The notes below the pieces were generated by a model. It had not been told where the DNA came from. It was given only the letters and a program-made list of their open reading frames with translations, and did no database searches. Positions 50,703 through 63,014 of a DNA stretch of 64,000 bases are shown piece by piece. This stretch comes from Octopus sinensis (lineage: Eukaryota). A program made the position numbers and the translations under genes. Numbering within the stretch: the stretch's first letter is position 1; each line of letters opens with the position of its first letter. The stretch is taken from contig NC_042998.1 in assembly GCF_006345805.1 (NCBI RefSeq), positions 20,770,001-20,834,000 on the forward strand, given 5' to 3'.

Positions 50703-50989
50703 ATATATATATAACGTGGAGTAGATGAAACAAAGGCGACTGAAGAAGGGAATTTTCCTTGTTTTGTATGTCTTGTACTCTGTTTTTTCGTTGTTTAAGA
50801 AAAATGTCCATTTCCTGGGTTTTGTGTTTATGTTTTCGTTTCTCATTGTGTTCGACGTTTTTTTTTTTTTGGTGTCCTGTACCCATATATGCGTGTATAT
50901 ATACATGTAGAGGTAGGTACGTACATATATGTATGTATACATGTATATGTTTTATTTATTTATTAATTTATTATAAATATATATATATA

Positions 50990-51118
50990 CAGGGTGTCCC
51001 CAAAAAATGTATACACATAGTGGTTCGGCAAAAGAGAACGATAGAATAAGTACTAGGCTTACAAAGAATAACAAATTTACAATTATTTAAGGTGTGTATA
51101 CATTTTTTGGGGACACCC

Positions 51119-51120
<2 letters not shown>
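50990..51120. mobile_element. Tc1-type MITE carrying a family B SINE fragment
   Basis: 27-bp TIRs cagggtgtccccaaaaaatgtatacac; interior 51023-51070 matches SINE B. Confidence 0.75.
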
Positions 51121-51155
<35 letters not shown>

Positions 51156-51907
51156 TGGCCATGGTTAAATGCTGTGTATGTCGTATCGTTGAGAGATGGT
51201 TTTCTAGACAAGCAGCTTAAAATTCAAAACGACCAAAGATATATATATATTATATTATATATAGTGGGGACAGACTTTATAAATGCCTATTTGTTCCTGC
51301 TTTTGGAACAAAGAAACATACAGGCATCAAAACAGCTGTTTTTAAATGCCCGATTATAAAACGTTACAGTGCAATGCTAAAAATAAATACCGGAAATTTG
51401 CTGAACGTAGAGTTTGTTTTTATAATATATTTTTCTATGTTATGATATAAACTTCCTAAAACAAAGCTTTGGTCGCTTGACTTGGTAAAATCAAGAGCTA
51501 ACTACATCGAAATAACACTTTTACTGTGTTGAATAAATTTAGGGAGAGCACATCAAGTCAAGCAGTCTTTGATACATTATAACGAAAGCTAAATGAAAAG
51601 GCGGGTTTTAGTTATGGTTGGAAAGCTTTTTACTCGGTCTGTTTAACAAGAGCTGACACTACAAAAGCACCAAGCATCTTAAATATGTCCGGGAAAATCA
51701 TATGTATTCATTAGAATATGTGATGATTATGATAAGAGGGATCGGAAGATAGACTGGTAATGAAAGCAAAGGAGAGGAGAGTAAGACTGATAATGAAAGT
51801 AAAAGAGAGGAGAGTAAGGAGACAACCACCAAACTCCTTGCACTTTTGTTTTTCCTCTGTGGGGCAGTGACAGCTATTCCGAAAGTGCGCTGTGAGACGA
51901 GTAAATG

Positions 51908-51939
<32 letters not shown>

Positions 51940-52098
51940 TATATAATATAATATAATTACTGCCATGACACTGCATCCTTTAAGGCCCTCATGCTTTCCG
52001 AAATCCGCCGAAACTACACCTGATTATATATACACTTTAGATGAGTTGTAGTGCACCTGAGCACTGTACACAATTATTATTATTATTATTATTATAAT

Positions 52099-52338
52099 GG
52101 TACTACTTGAGAACGGTGCGCGTACTCGCTTTAGCTAGTCGTGACTAGTCGATCCTAAAACGACTACCTAGCAAAGTAAATAAAACACAAAATAAATCAT
52201 TTTTTTTTTTATACAAAGTAAATAATTTTTTTCAAACAAAGTAATTAACACACAAAAACAAAGTAAGTCACGACTAGCTAGCGCGGATGCGCGTGTACGC
52301 GAGTGCGTGCACCGGGACCACTGTTCTCAAGTAGTACC
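52099..52338. mobile_element. TIR MITE (PIF/Harbinger-like)
   Basis: 16-bp TIRs ggtactacttgagaac / gttctcaagtagtacc; 3-bp AAT flanks. Confidence 0.65.
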
Positions 52339-52727
52339 AATAATAATAATAATAATGGTAAAAATATACAGAAATGAAATGCCGTGACACACGTGTTCCT
52401 TCCTGATATTATTGAAGCGATGAGGCTTATTATAAGCCTAACAGAAACTGAAGGATTCAGAGATCATCTCTTAGTTCAGCACACTACCCTGGCTTTCAGA
52501 ATTTATGGACTCCAGTATTCTATAAAAGACAGTTTTACCACATGCAAGCAAGTAAACATGCCTGCATGCATGTATACATAACCTACATGCATGCATGTGT
52601 ACACGTATGAAATCTATAAGCAAAAGCATGTAAATGTTGGGTTGAAAAACACTTGGACAGAAAAAAGTTGAAGGCTGCCAGTGACGTCAACAACAACAAC
52701 AACACACACACACATATATATATGTAA

Positions 52728-52921
52728 ATATTAGAGGGAAACCACTATGTGGACACTCTTAAGCTAGAAATAGATCCGCTATAAGGGTGTCCACATAGTG
52801 GTTTCCCTCTAATATGTATATAATACAATTTTACTGAACCTTCAGTTCTTTTTTTATATGCTAGATCACTGGTGTGAAATCGATGTTAATTAAATTAATA
52901 TCTAATTTGTCACCCTCATTT

Positions 52922-52925
<4 letters not shown>
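52728..52925. mobile_element. Deleted sibling of the 11950-12280 foldback element, opposite orientation
   Basis: Arms gagggaaaccactatgtggacac / gtgtccacatagtggtttccctc, plus the shared ctagatcactggtgt...caccctcattt flank. Confidence 0.7.
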
Positions 52926-52961
<36 letters not shown>

Positions 52962-53293
52962 AGATAATGGTGTTATTGAGACCCAAAGGTGTCAGGTAAT
53001 GCTGAATAAGTGCTATAGACAGACCATAGTTAACTTCCAGATTCGGTAATATTGCGAATAAAGGGTTCAACGTTGGTTCTATGTCAGCGTGTGTATATAT
53101 GAATTTTTGCGTAATAAGATAAAAAAAAAACCAAGGCTGTATAGATATTAGAGCATTTATAGATAGAAGGTCTATACAGCTGTTTCTAGGATATTAATTA
53201 ATAATATCCCTTCATCGGAGACGGTGTGAGAGGAAAATTAAGTCATAGTTAGTTTAGATATGAAGTGGAGAAAAGAAAATAGATGTAAGATAT

Positions 53294-53343
<50 letters not shown>

Positions 53344-53870
53344 ACCATACATTTTTCTGAACTTTTATCACAAATATAAGTGAAACACAATATAAAGCAA
53401 ACCATATATATATATTATATATATATATATATATATATCTGATCCATCCTTGTTTACCCACCACAACCCCTCCTCTCTCTCTCTCTCTGTACATACACAC
53501 ATGTGTGTATGCTTCAGTCGCGCGCAAGCAATTGAAAGGGGGAAGGGTTGAATGTTTACAATTAGAAAAAAAAAACCATTGATAATGAGCATTTCTCTAA
53601 AACAAAACCTAAGTCTGTTGCCGTTTTTTTAAAATAATGGTGGGATAGTAAGCAATAGCAGACTCAAGCCTCAAGATATAACTGGTACTGTACTTCGTGT
53701 TCATGACTGAAGAATAACGTCGGGATTTGGATTCGTGAACACATTTGAAGTTCTAAATAAGATGGTCCCAAATTACTTCATCCTAATTTTGTGGTAAACA
53801 GATTCATAAAATAACTATTAATAACGTCTGTTTCTGACAGATGCTATGATAATATATATGCATATATACA

Positions 53871-53906
<36 letters not shown>

Positions 53907-54110
53907 TAAATGAAATAAAACATATGCATATATATAAACATATATGTACGTACCTACCTCTACATGTACATATACACGCATATATGAGTACAGGACACCA
54001 AAGGGACGTCGAACACAAAGAGAAACGAAAACATAGACACAAACCAAAGGAACTGGACATTTTTTTTAAAACAACAAAAAATGGAGTACAGGACATATAT
54101 ATATATATAT

Positions 54111-54148
54111 GCATGTGTCTATGTATGCATGTTATGATACATTGACGA

Positions 54149-54190
<42 letters not shown>

Positions 54191-54235
54191 TGTGTCTATG
54201 TATGTATGTTATGATATATTGACGACTAATATATA

Positions 54236-54270
<35 letters not shown>

Positions 54271-54660
54271 CATGTGTCTATGTATGCATGTTATGATACA
54301 TTGACGACTAATATATATATATATACACATATATATATATATATGCATATGTCTATGTATGCATGTTATGATACATGACGACTAATATATATATATATTA
54401 TATATATATGCATGTGTCTATGTATGTATGTTATGATATATTGACGACTAATATATATATATATATAGATATATATATATATATATGCATGTGTCTATGT
54501 ATGCATGTTATGATACATTGACGACTAATATATATATATATACACATATATATATATATATATGCATATGTCTATGTATGCATGTTATGATACATTGACG
54601 ACTATATATATATATATATACATGTGTGTATGTATGCGTTATATGAGACATTGACGATTA
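54111..54660. repeat. Compound minisatellite, 8 copies of gcatgtgtctatgtatgcatgttatgatacattgacgacta+(TA)n
   Basis: Starts at ~54111, 54188, 54270, 54345, 54410, 54487, 54564 and 54620. Confidence 0.9.
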
Positions 54661-54670
54661 ATATATATAT

Positions 54671-54708
<38 letters not shown>

Positions 54709-54802
54709 GACAAGGGAACAGGAATCACGTAATCAACTTCATTAGCTTATACCTAAAACAAAAGATCAATTAATATATTTGTGTGTGTGAGTGTGTGTGT
54801 AC

Positions 54803-54833
<31 letters not shown>

Positions 54834-55103
54834 AAGATGGTGAAACATCAGTTTAAATACATATGTGAATAAAATGCTTATCTCAAACTCAAATTTTCGT
54901 ATAATTTGTTCACCCGAGATATTAAAAAAATATCGTGTTTGTTTAATTGTAAACAATGATACTTAAGATTTAATTAAAACACTCCTCATTTTTTTTCTAT
55001 CGTTTGTAAAGAATTAAAGAATAAATTAAACAAAGAAGTGGTAGGTAAAATGATGACGACAGCGATCTTGATACGATGCGTGAAGTTGATGTTTTTTTTT
55101 TCA

Positions 55104-55618
55104 GTCCGACGTCCAGATATGACCATCCCGTATTTTTAGACGCATGTGGGACTTATACACCATCGAAAGTAGATTTCCTCCCCAGACCCTTTTTTTTAGT
55201 TTTTGGGGGCTTTTAAAAATTTTTTTGCGAGATATTCAAGTTATGATTTAAAATCAAATTTGACTGTTGCTTTTAGCAGGTCAAGCAAACCACGTTGAGT
55301 CGATGGGCGAAAGGGATGTTGATGACGATTTATAAGACCATGGCGAGGCGAATGCTGGGGTCCGACGTCCAGATATGACCATCCCGCATTTTTAGACGCA
55401 TGTGGAACTATACACCATCGAAAGTAGATTTCCTCCCCAGACCTTTAATTAGTTTTGGGGGATTTTTTTTTTTTTTTTGCAAGATATTCAAGTTATGATT
55501 TAAAATCGAATTTGGCTATTGCCTTTAGCAGGTCAAGCAAACCACGTTGAGTCGATGGGCGAAAGGGATGACGAAAGTTGATGACGATTTATAAGACCAT
55601 GACGAGGCGAATGCTGGA
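55104..55618. repeat. 256-bp tandem duplication near exon 1
   Basis: gtccgacgtccagatatgacc at 55104 and 55360. Confidence 0.9.
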
Positions 55619-55980
55619 GCTAATTAATGTTTGTTATTCAATTAACTGCTTCCTTTGTAACGGACACTTTTTTTTACTAAAAACAACAATATTTCTCTTC
55701 TTCACCGTTTCTTTTCCCTCTTTTCCAAAAAAAATCACAATAGAAAACATTTAAGGTAATTTAATTTTACAAGTTAACGGTTCAATATGTACTTTATATG
55801 CACTTTCTGACCAAGTTGTGGTGCACCTGAGCACTGTATACAATTAATTTCATTATTATTATTACATTATTATAAAGTATAGCTGACAAAAGAGAAAAGA
55901 TTTTTAAAAAATGAAATAAAGCAAGCATGTAATAATAATGGTAAATATTAGAAAGAAATAGAAAAAGGAACTTCACGTAC

Positions 55981-56025
55981 TGCGTCGACTGCCTGCTGGA
56001 TGATATTGGTAAACTTGGAGAACAT
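55981..56025 (-). CDS. FHIP2A: FHIP2/FAM160B-family gene, coding exon 1 (MFSKFTNIIQQAVDA)
   Basis: ATG at 56025, 15 codons, phase-0 donor GTACGT. Matches the recalled vertebrate FAM160B1 N-terminus MFSKFTSILQHAVEA. Confidence 0.93.
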
Positions 56026-56327
56026 ATTCTTCTTCATCAGTTAATTTTTTTCTAGAAGATGGAGTTACAAGAAGAAGGAAATAAAATGCGTAATCCGTTT
56101 GGACAGTGTTTTTGAAAGGGGAGAGGCCAGTTCCCCCCTACATCACATCACAAAAAGTGGTGGACTGGTTAATGGGGAAAGAAATTTTTGGCAATGACAC
56201 AACTTTGGGGGACAATTCCTGATATTTTTCAAAGCATGTGTGTGTGTATACATATATTTATAATATGCCATACGAGATCAACCACTAAGTGTGGATTTGG
56301 CCAAGATTAAAACTACCAAACAAGTGC

Positions 56328-56368
<41 letters not shown>

Positions 56369-56773
56369 TATATATATATATGTGTGATTTAATCAACACA
56401 CATACAAAAGTTTTGGAGATGGGTTGAGGGCTTTTTTACATGATTTCTTTAAAAATATTGAAGTGCCTTCATCAGCGATGTTTCAGTAAGTGGTACACAC
56501 ACAAAGGAAGAAGGTATTTATGTTATTTGAGTGGTTAAATCCAATTTGGGGAAATGAATTCTGGTTGTATATTTCATAAGGATGCCAGCCACTGGTATAA
56601 AGTAGGAGTAGACACAAACACAATTGTCGGAAATACGTTTGAAATGATTGAAACATGCGTAGTGAGTGATACGACATCACTTCCTGCATGTGGTGACTGC
56701 TTAATTGCAGACGCCACTTTCAGACACAAACGATATGGTTGGATGCTGGAAGAATTATAAGAATTTAATTATA

Positions 56774-58305
56774 TATTTCTTTACTACCCACAAGGGGCTG
56801 GGCTAAACATGGAGGGGACAAACGAGGACAGACAAAGGGATTAAGTCGATTACATCGACCCCATTGCTAAACTGGTACTTTATTTAATCGATCCCGAAAG
56901 CATGAAAGGCAAAGTCGACCTCGGCGGAATTTGAACTCAGAGCGTTACGGCAGACGAAATACCTATTTCTTTACTACCCACAAGGGGCTAAACACAGAAG
57001 GGACAAACAAGGACAGACAAAGGGATTAAGTCGATTACATCGACCCCATTGCGAAACTGGTACTTTATTTAATCGACCCTGAAAGCATGAAAGGCAAAGT
57101 CGACCTCGGCGGAATTTGAACTCAGAGCGTTACGGCAGACGAAATACCTATTTCTTTACTACCCACAAGGAGCTAAACACAGAAGGGACAAACAGGGACA
57201 GACAAAGGGATTAAGTCGATTACATCGACCCCAGTGCGAATCTGGTACTTTATTTAATCGATCCCGAAAGGATGAAAGGCAAAGGCGACCTCAGCGGTAT
57301 TTGAACTCACAACGTAGCGGCAGACGAAATACCTATTTCTTTACTACCCACAAGGGGCTAAACACAGAAGGGACAAACAGGGAGAGAGAAAGGGATTAAG
57401 TCGATTACATCGACCCCAGTGCGAATCTGGTACTTTATTTAATCGACCCTGAAAGGATGAAAGGCAAAGTCGACCTCGGCGGAATTTGAACTCAGAGCGT
57501 TACGGCAGACGAAATACCTATTTCTTTACTACCCACAAGGGGCTAAACACAGAAGGGACAAACAGGGAGAGAGAAAGGGATTAAGTCGATTACATCGACC
57601 CCAGTGCGAATCTGGTACTTTATTTAATCGACCCTGAAAGGATGAAAGGCAAAGTCGACCTCGGCGGAATTTGAACTCAGAGCGTTACGGCAGACGAAAT
57701 ACCTATTTCTTTACTACCCACAAGGAGCTAAACACAGAAGGGACAAACAGGGAGAGAGAAAGGGATTAAGTCGATTACATCGACCCCAGTGCGAATCTGG
57801 TACTTTATTTAATCGATCCCAAAAGGATGAAAGGCAAAGTCGACCTCGGCGGTATTTGAACTCACAACGTAGCGGCAGACGAAATACCTATTTCTTTACT
57901 ACCCACAAGGGGCTAAACACAGAAGGGACAAACAGGGACAGAGAAAGGGATTAAGTCGATTACATCGACCCCATTGCGAATCTGGTACTTTATTTAATCG
58001 ATCCCGAAAGGATGAAAGGCAAAGTCGACCACGGCTGAATTTGAACTCAGAACGTAGCGACAAACGAAATACCTATTTCTTTATTACCCACAAGGGGCTA
58101 AACATAGAGGGGACAAACAAGGACAGACATAGGTATTAAGTCGATTACATCGACCCCAGTGCGTAACTGGTACTTAATTTATCGACCCCGAAAGGATGAA
58201 AGGCAAAGTCGACCTCGGCGGAATTTGAACTCAGAACGCAACGGTAGACGAAATACCGCAAAGCATTTCGCCCGGCGCGCTAACGATTCTGCCAGCTCGC
58301 CGCCT
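56774..58305 (-). mobile_element. Family C SINE concatemer: one head plus eight 185-bp bodies
   Basis: Unit starts at ~56774, 56964, 57149, 57334, 57519, 57704, 57889 and 58074; head at ~58255-58305. Confidence 0.92.
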
Positions 58306-59394
58306 TTATAAGAATTAATTATAATAATTCGTGGTGGTTATGTCGCTGAGTTTCGACTTTGCTTTTCATCCTTCGGGGTTGTCGATAAAATAAGTACCAG
58401 TTGAGCACTGGGGTCGATGTAATCAACTGACCTCCCTCCCACAATTTTTTAGGCTTAAAGTAGAAAGGATTCTTATTAGCAGTGGTTTGGAATTGCTGCC
58501 TTTCGAAGTTGATATACTTTACGGGAGAAGAAGAAAGTATGGAAGGGATAGCGGGTTAAAATGTAAAGATTAATATTTTGAGAAGAAAAAATTATTAAGT
58601 GCGCAAAACTGTAATTTCTTAGGATGTTTTGAGCATTTTGGATTATAAGAATAAAACTCTGCCACCTTTTCCGTTATTTTTTCAGGTTCTCACTTTTCTA
58701 CTTCTAATTTTTGTAAAGCATAATTTTGAAGAAACGTATTATTAGATGCTTTAAGTGTAAATCTGAAAAACTTTTCTAAAGACAGTGAAAACTAAGAAAA
58801 AAGAAAAGAGAAAAATTACTGAAAATGTGGGTGGCTTTCCATATCCCATTCTTTTTTTTTTTTTTTCCTTTTAGGTTAATAATCCACACAGGTTCGAAGA
58901 AATTCCGGTATTAGGCACGCTAGATAATTTCTGGTGCTGTTCTACAGAAATGTCATGTTTTCAGAATCGTAAGCGAGAAAGAGAGGGAGGGAGATGATGA
59001 TGATGGTGGTGGTGGTGGTGGTGGTGGTGGTGGTGATGGTGATGATGATGATGAGGAGGAGGAGGAGGATAAAGAAGAAGATTATCATTTTTCATTTCCA
59101 TGAGTGGAACTTCGAGGAACAACTGTTCCAAAACTACGCCGTATTATTTCATGATTCTCACCTAATATATCTCGTTACTTTTATTCATTTTCTTTCATTT
59201 TCAATCCTGCACATATATGATCCTATAGCGAAAGATCCCCTTCGTAATACTCTTCGAATAATAAATTATAGTTTTATGAGATTTTCACCAAATTATCACT
59301 TAATCTATAACTTTCAGAACATATATACTGGGGATGGATTTTGTGATCATTCTGGACCAGGAAAAATGATACTATTTTACTCTTACGGATAACT

Positions 59395-59920
59395 TTCATT
59401 CATAGCCGTCTGGATTACTGCTCCCAGCTGTGGTCATTGCAGAGCGTCAGAACTTGGGGCGAATACCACCACAACACAAAGAAGATTAACTCGGCGAAAT
59501 AGATAAGCTATTGGGAGAAGCTAAAAGATCTGAAGCTCCACTCACTTGAGAGAATGCGTGTGTAGCGTAAGCTGATATCCTCATTGTTTGAAAGATATAT
59601 TAGAAATGATCTCGTGTTAGATAACACGAGATCATTTCTAATATATCTCTCAAAGAGTGAGGATATCAGCTACGCTACACGTGAAATATATGCAGTGATA
59701 CACATATGGAAGATCCTGGAAGGTCTAATTCCCAACTTTGGAATTGAAAGCTATACTCACCACCGAACTGGACGGCACTGCATTGTACCAAAGATCCTGT
59801 CTTCTCCAGATGCAACTAATACTGTAGCAGCTCGGGTTTCAAGGGTCCACAACTATTCAGCATTCTATCAAACAACCTCAGAGAATTGCGAAGTGTAAAT
59901 GTAGAGGTCATCAAAGAAGG
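59395..59920 (+). mobile_element. Degenerate CR1/L2-type LINE fragment
   Basis: SRLDYCSQLW, YWEKLKDLKLHSLERMR, IWKILEGL..TGRHC motifs with frameshifts. Confidence 0.7.
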
Positions 59921-60308
59921 CCCTTTTTAAGATCAGGCCCATTAACCATAGGAGCGTTATAACATTAATTAGCTTTATATGGTGATTAAAAGAGAATGGG
60001 TTATCATACAAAATTAACTTGAAGCTTCAAGAACCGCCAGGACCATTCTTCGACGGAAGTCTGACGGTGTAAAATTCGTTTAGCTGATGGGAGAATAATC
60101 CTTCAAAAATTCGCACGATTCGGGTGCCTTCTTGAAGTAAGAAAGCTAAATTTTTAGTTGTTGCCCTCATGATAGAAAATTCGCGGACTACAGGCACATC
60201 TGACCCCCTTCAGCTACAGCTAGAATTGTGCAAGAGGGAGACACTTCTTTCCTTCTCAGAAAAGGGATTTCTTTCGTTTCATTGTTTTTTTTTCACCATC
60301 AAGCTTAT

Positions 60309-60352
<44 letters not shown>

Positions 60353-60486
60353 ATGTTACCCGCCATATAATGGGTTAGTTTGAAAGTATATTTTTGCGAC
60401 CTTGGGTAATATCAGGAAATACGGCGTACGTAGAATAATTATAATTCAACTTTTACCAAATTTCTTGGCGCTTAAATAAAATGAGC

Positions 60487-60886
60487 GGATCTTTTCGGTT
60501 TGAACGGCAGTTTTTAAAAATAATTCCCACGTAACTAAACACTTTTAAACTTCGTATACTGGTAGAATGTGTTTATAAAACACCTTTTTCTCTTGGCTTT
60601 ATTGAGAAAATTCTATGGTTTGTAAGATATTTGTTGTTGTTTTTTCTTCAATTTCTGCAATTTCAACCAATCAATGACGTCTATTGAGGTGAAAACATTC
60701 TGTGCCGTATGAATATGTCCCTCGTTTAAGAAACAGATTGGGTTTATTTACATTTGTGAAGAAAAAAAGATACCCTTTCCCACCACCCCTAACCCTAACC
60801 CTAAAACAGATTGAAATGCAATAGATCGATACTAGGGTCATAATTATGGGTGACAATTTCATATGACACCGCTAGAAAAAAGATCC
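60487..60886. mobile_element. Non-autonomous element with ggatctttt/aaaagatcc ends and internal (TAACCC)n
   Basis: Inverted ends; ccctaaccctaaccctaa at ~60788-60804. Confidence 0.55.
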
Positions 60887-60924
60887 AAATAAGCAAATGA
60901 TTACTAATTTTAATAGAAAAATAT

Positions 60925-61278
60925 TTCCATCCATCCGGCTTCTCCACCCACAATTCCTGGGAGGGCCCTCAAGTACTTCCTCCATAGGGTCCTATCAGAA
61001 TTAACCATCATTACACTCTGAAGCGTGAGCAACTGAGGCCCCGGATATTATCCAGCCCTCTCGTTCTCGGTCTACTCCGAGTATCGGCTTGAAGAAACCG
61101 TCTTGCGAGTCTTCTCTTCGACATTCTCATCACATATCCGTAGTACCGGATCTGTGGTCTCTCAATACGAAGAAGTAGCGGCTCGACTTACAAAGATTCC
61201 TTGATCTCCGAGTTATGTTCCCTATCGAGTAACGTTGCTCCATATAGCATCCAATACGCCCCAAGATACTTCAGTTTT
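60925..61278 (-). pseudogene. Degenerate RTE LINE 3' segment
   Basis: KLKYLG, then NSEIKESL*VEPLLLRIERPQIRYYGYVMRM. Confidence 0.7.
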
Positions 61279-61317
61279 CCAATTTAATATATAATATAAT
61301 ATAATATAATATAATAT

Positions 61318-61715
61318 ATTATAATGAAATTATTGTATACAGCGCTCAGGTGAACTACAACTTGTCAAAAGTGCGTATAAAGCATATTCAACAATGTACA
61401 AATGTCTGGAAAGCGAACAGTGTATGAGTCAGATACATGCTTGCGTGTGTATGGAGGGGAGAGAATCAGGTGTAGTGTTGGCGAATCTCAGGAAGCATGG
61501 AAGTTTTGAAGGATGCAGTGCTCCGACAACTAACAACTGATGCTGGCAGTTTGTTCCATACTTCTAGCGTGAAAAAGTGTTTCCGAAAGTCATGGGAGCT
61601 GTGCTGTTTTCTGACTTTGTAAACATGTCCACGGGTGTTAGACAGGTGGAGTTTGAAAAGGTGTTCAGAGTTATTATTGGTAAGATGGTTAATAATTTTA
61701 TGGGTATGTTCCATT
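61318..61715 (-). mobile_element. CR1/L2 LINE 3' end (same family as 44440)
   Basis: HKIINHLTNNNSEHLFKL..TRGHVYKV..WNKLPASVV plus tail. Confidence 0.85.
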
Positions 61716-61759
61716 AATATGCAGAGCGGATTGGGAAACCTGTTTCGAGATGACCAGCG

Positions 61760-62510
61760 GTATTCTGTATTTGGCTTGTGAATACTAGGTGGCTTGAACC
61801 TCCGGAAAGACACCAAAGCAATGGCATTGTGGAGTGATAATCCCAATTTTAAAAAAAGGAGGAGAAAGATGATGTTCTAATTATTGACGAATCCCTTTCT
61901 TGAGCTTCCCTGTAAAGTCTACGCTAGGTGTCTGGAAAAGAGATATAAGGAAATTGTCGAACTCAGGCTTGCTGAAGAACAATATGGCTTCCGTCCTAAA
62001 TGCAGTACAACCGACCAGATATTCACTCCACGGAAGGTCTTCCAGAAATCGTGAGAATTTTGCCAAGAGGTGTACGCTTGCTTTGTAGACCTCGGAAAGG
62101 TATGTGAGTAGATGCCGCGGGATATGCTGAGGAGGGGTTTGCAGGAGTTTGAGATTAATGAATAACTTCTGGTTGCCGTGAAGTAGCAATACAAATGCCC
62201 AGATGTTTGTGTTAGGATAAACGGGTTAAATGGTGCTAAGTTGAAACCTCTCAACATTGGTGCTAAACTTTCTCAAGGGAATGGGGTTTCTCACTTCTCC
62301 TTTTCGTAATGTTTATAAACTGGATTGACATACACAGCTGTTGTGGAAGTTGTATCACAATAGGTAGGTATAAGATCGGTCGACTGAAATTTGCAAACGA
62401 CATGGTGCTATTTGGCTCATCAGAAGATTATCTCCAGCGTGCACTAAATGGGTTTGCTGCCGAGTACTTCAGGTCAGGGATAAGAATTAGTGTTGCGAAG
62501 GAAAATATGT
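61760..62510 (+). pseudogene. Degenerate RTE reverse-transcriptase domain
   Basis: KVYARCLEKR..EEQYGFRP..STTDQIF..FVDL..LKFANDMVL motifs with stops and frameshifts. Confidence 0.8.
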
Positions 62511-62765
62511 AACACGTTAAAGTGAAATTAAATTAAACGAATTCTTTATTTGTATATTGGCAAGGAACGTATTTTAGCTTTCTAAATTCTATCAGTATAA
62601 TTGCAACCCACTCATTGCCTGTTACCAAGCCTAGTACGTGCACTCATCCTGCACTTCTTACGTTAGCTATCTCTGTATCTCTCATTTACCCTTTCTCCTT
62701 CTCCGCCGTCTACACGATGTAAAGCATTACTGGAGAAATCGACCAACCAACATTTATATCGCCTA

Positions 62766-62796
<31 letters not shown>

Positions 62797-62798
62797 CA

Positions 62799-62832
<34 letters not shown>

Positions 62833-62974
62833 CATACATACATACATGTTTTAATATAATCGGAGTAAAAAAACAAACATTGTATACGCTTTGCAAAGCT
62901 GTTCCACTGGTATCGGCTACCAAATTCTATCATACACTTGGGACTTCTACATATATGCATGTGTGTGTGTGTGT

Positions 62975-63014
<40 letters not shown>

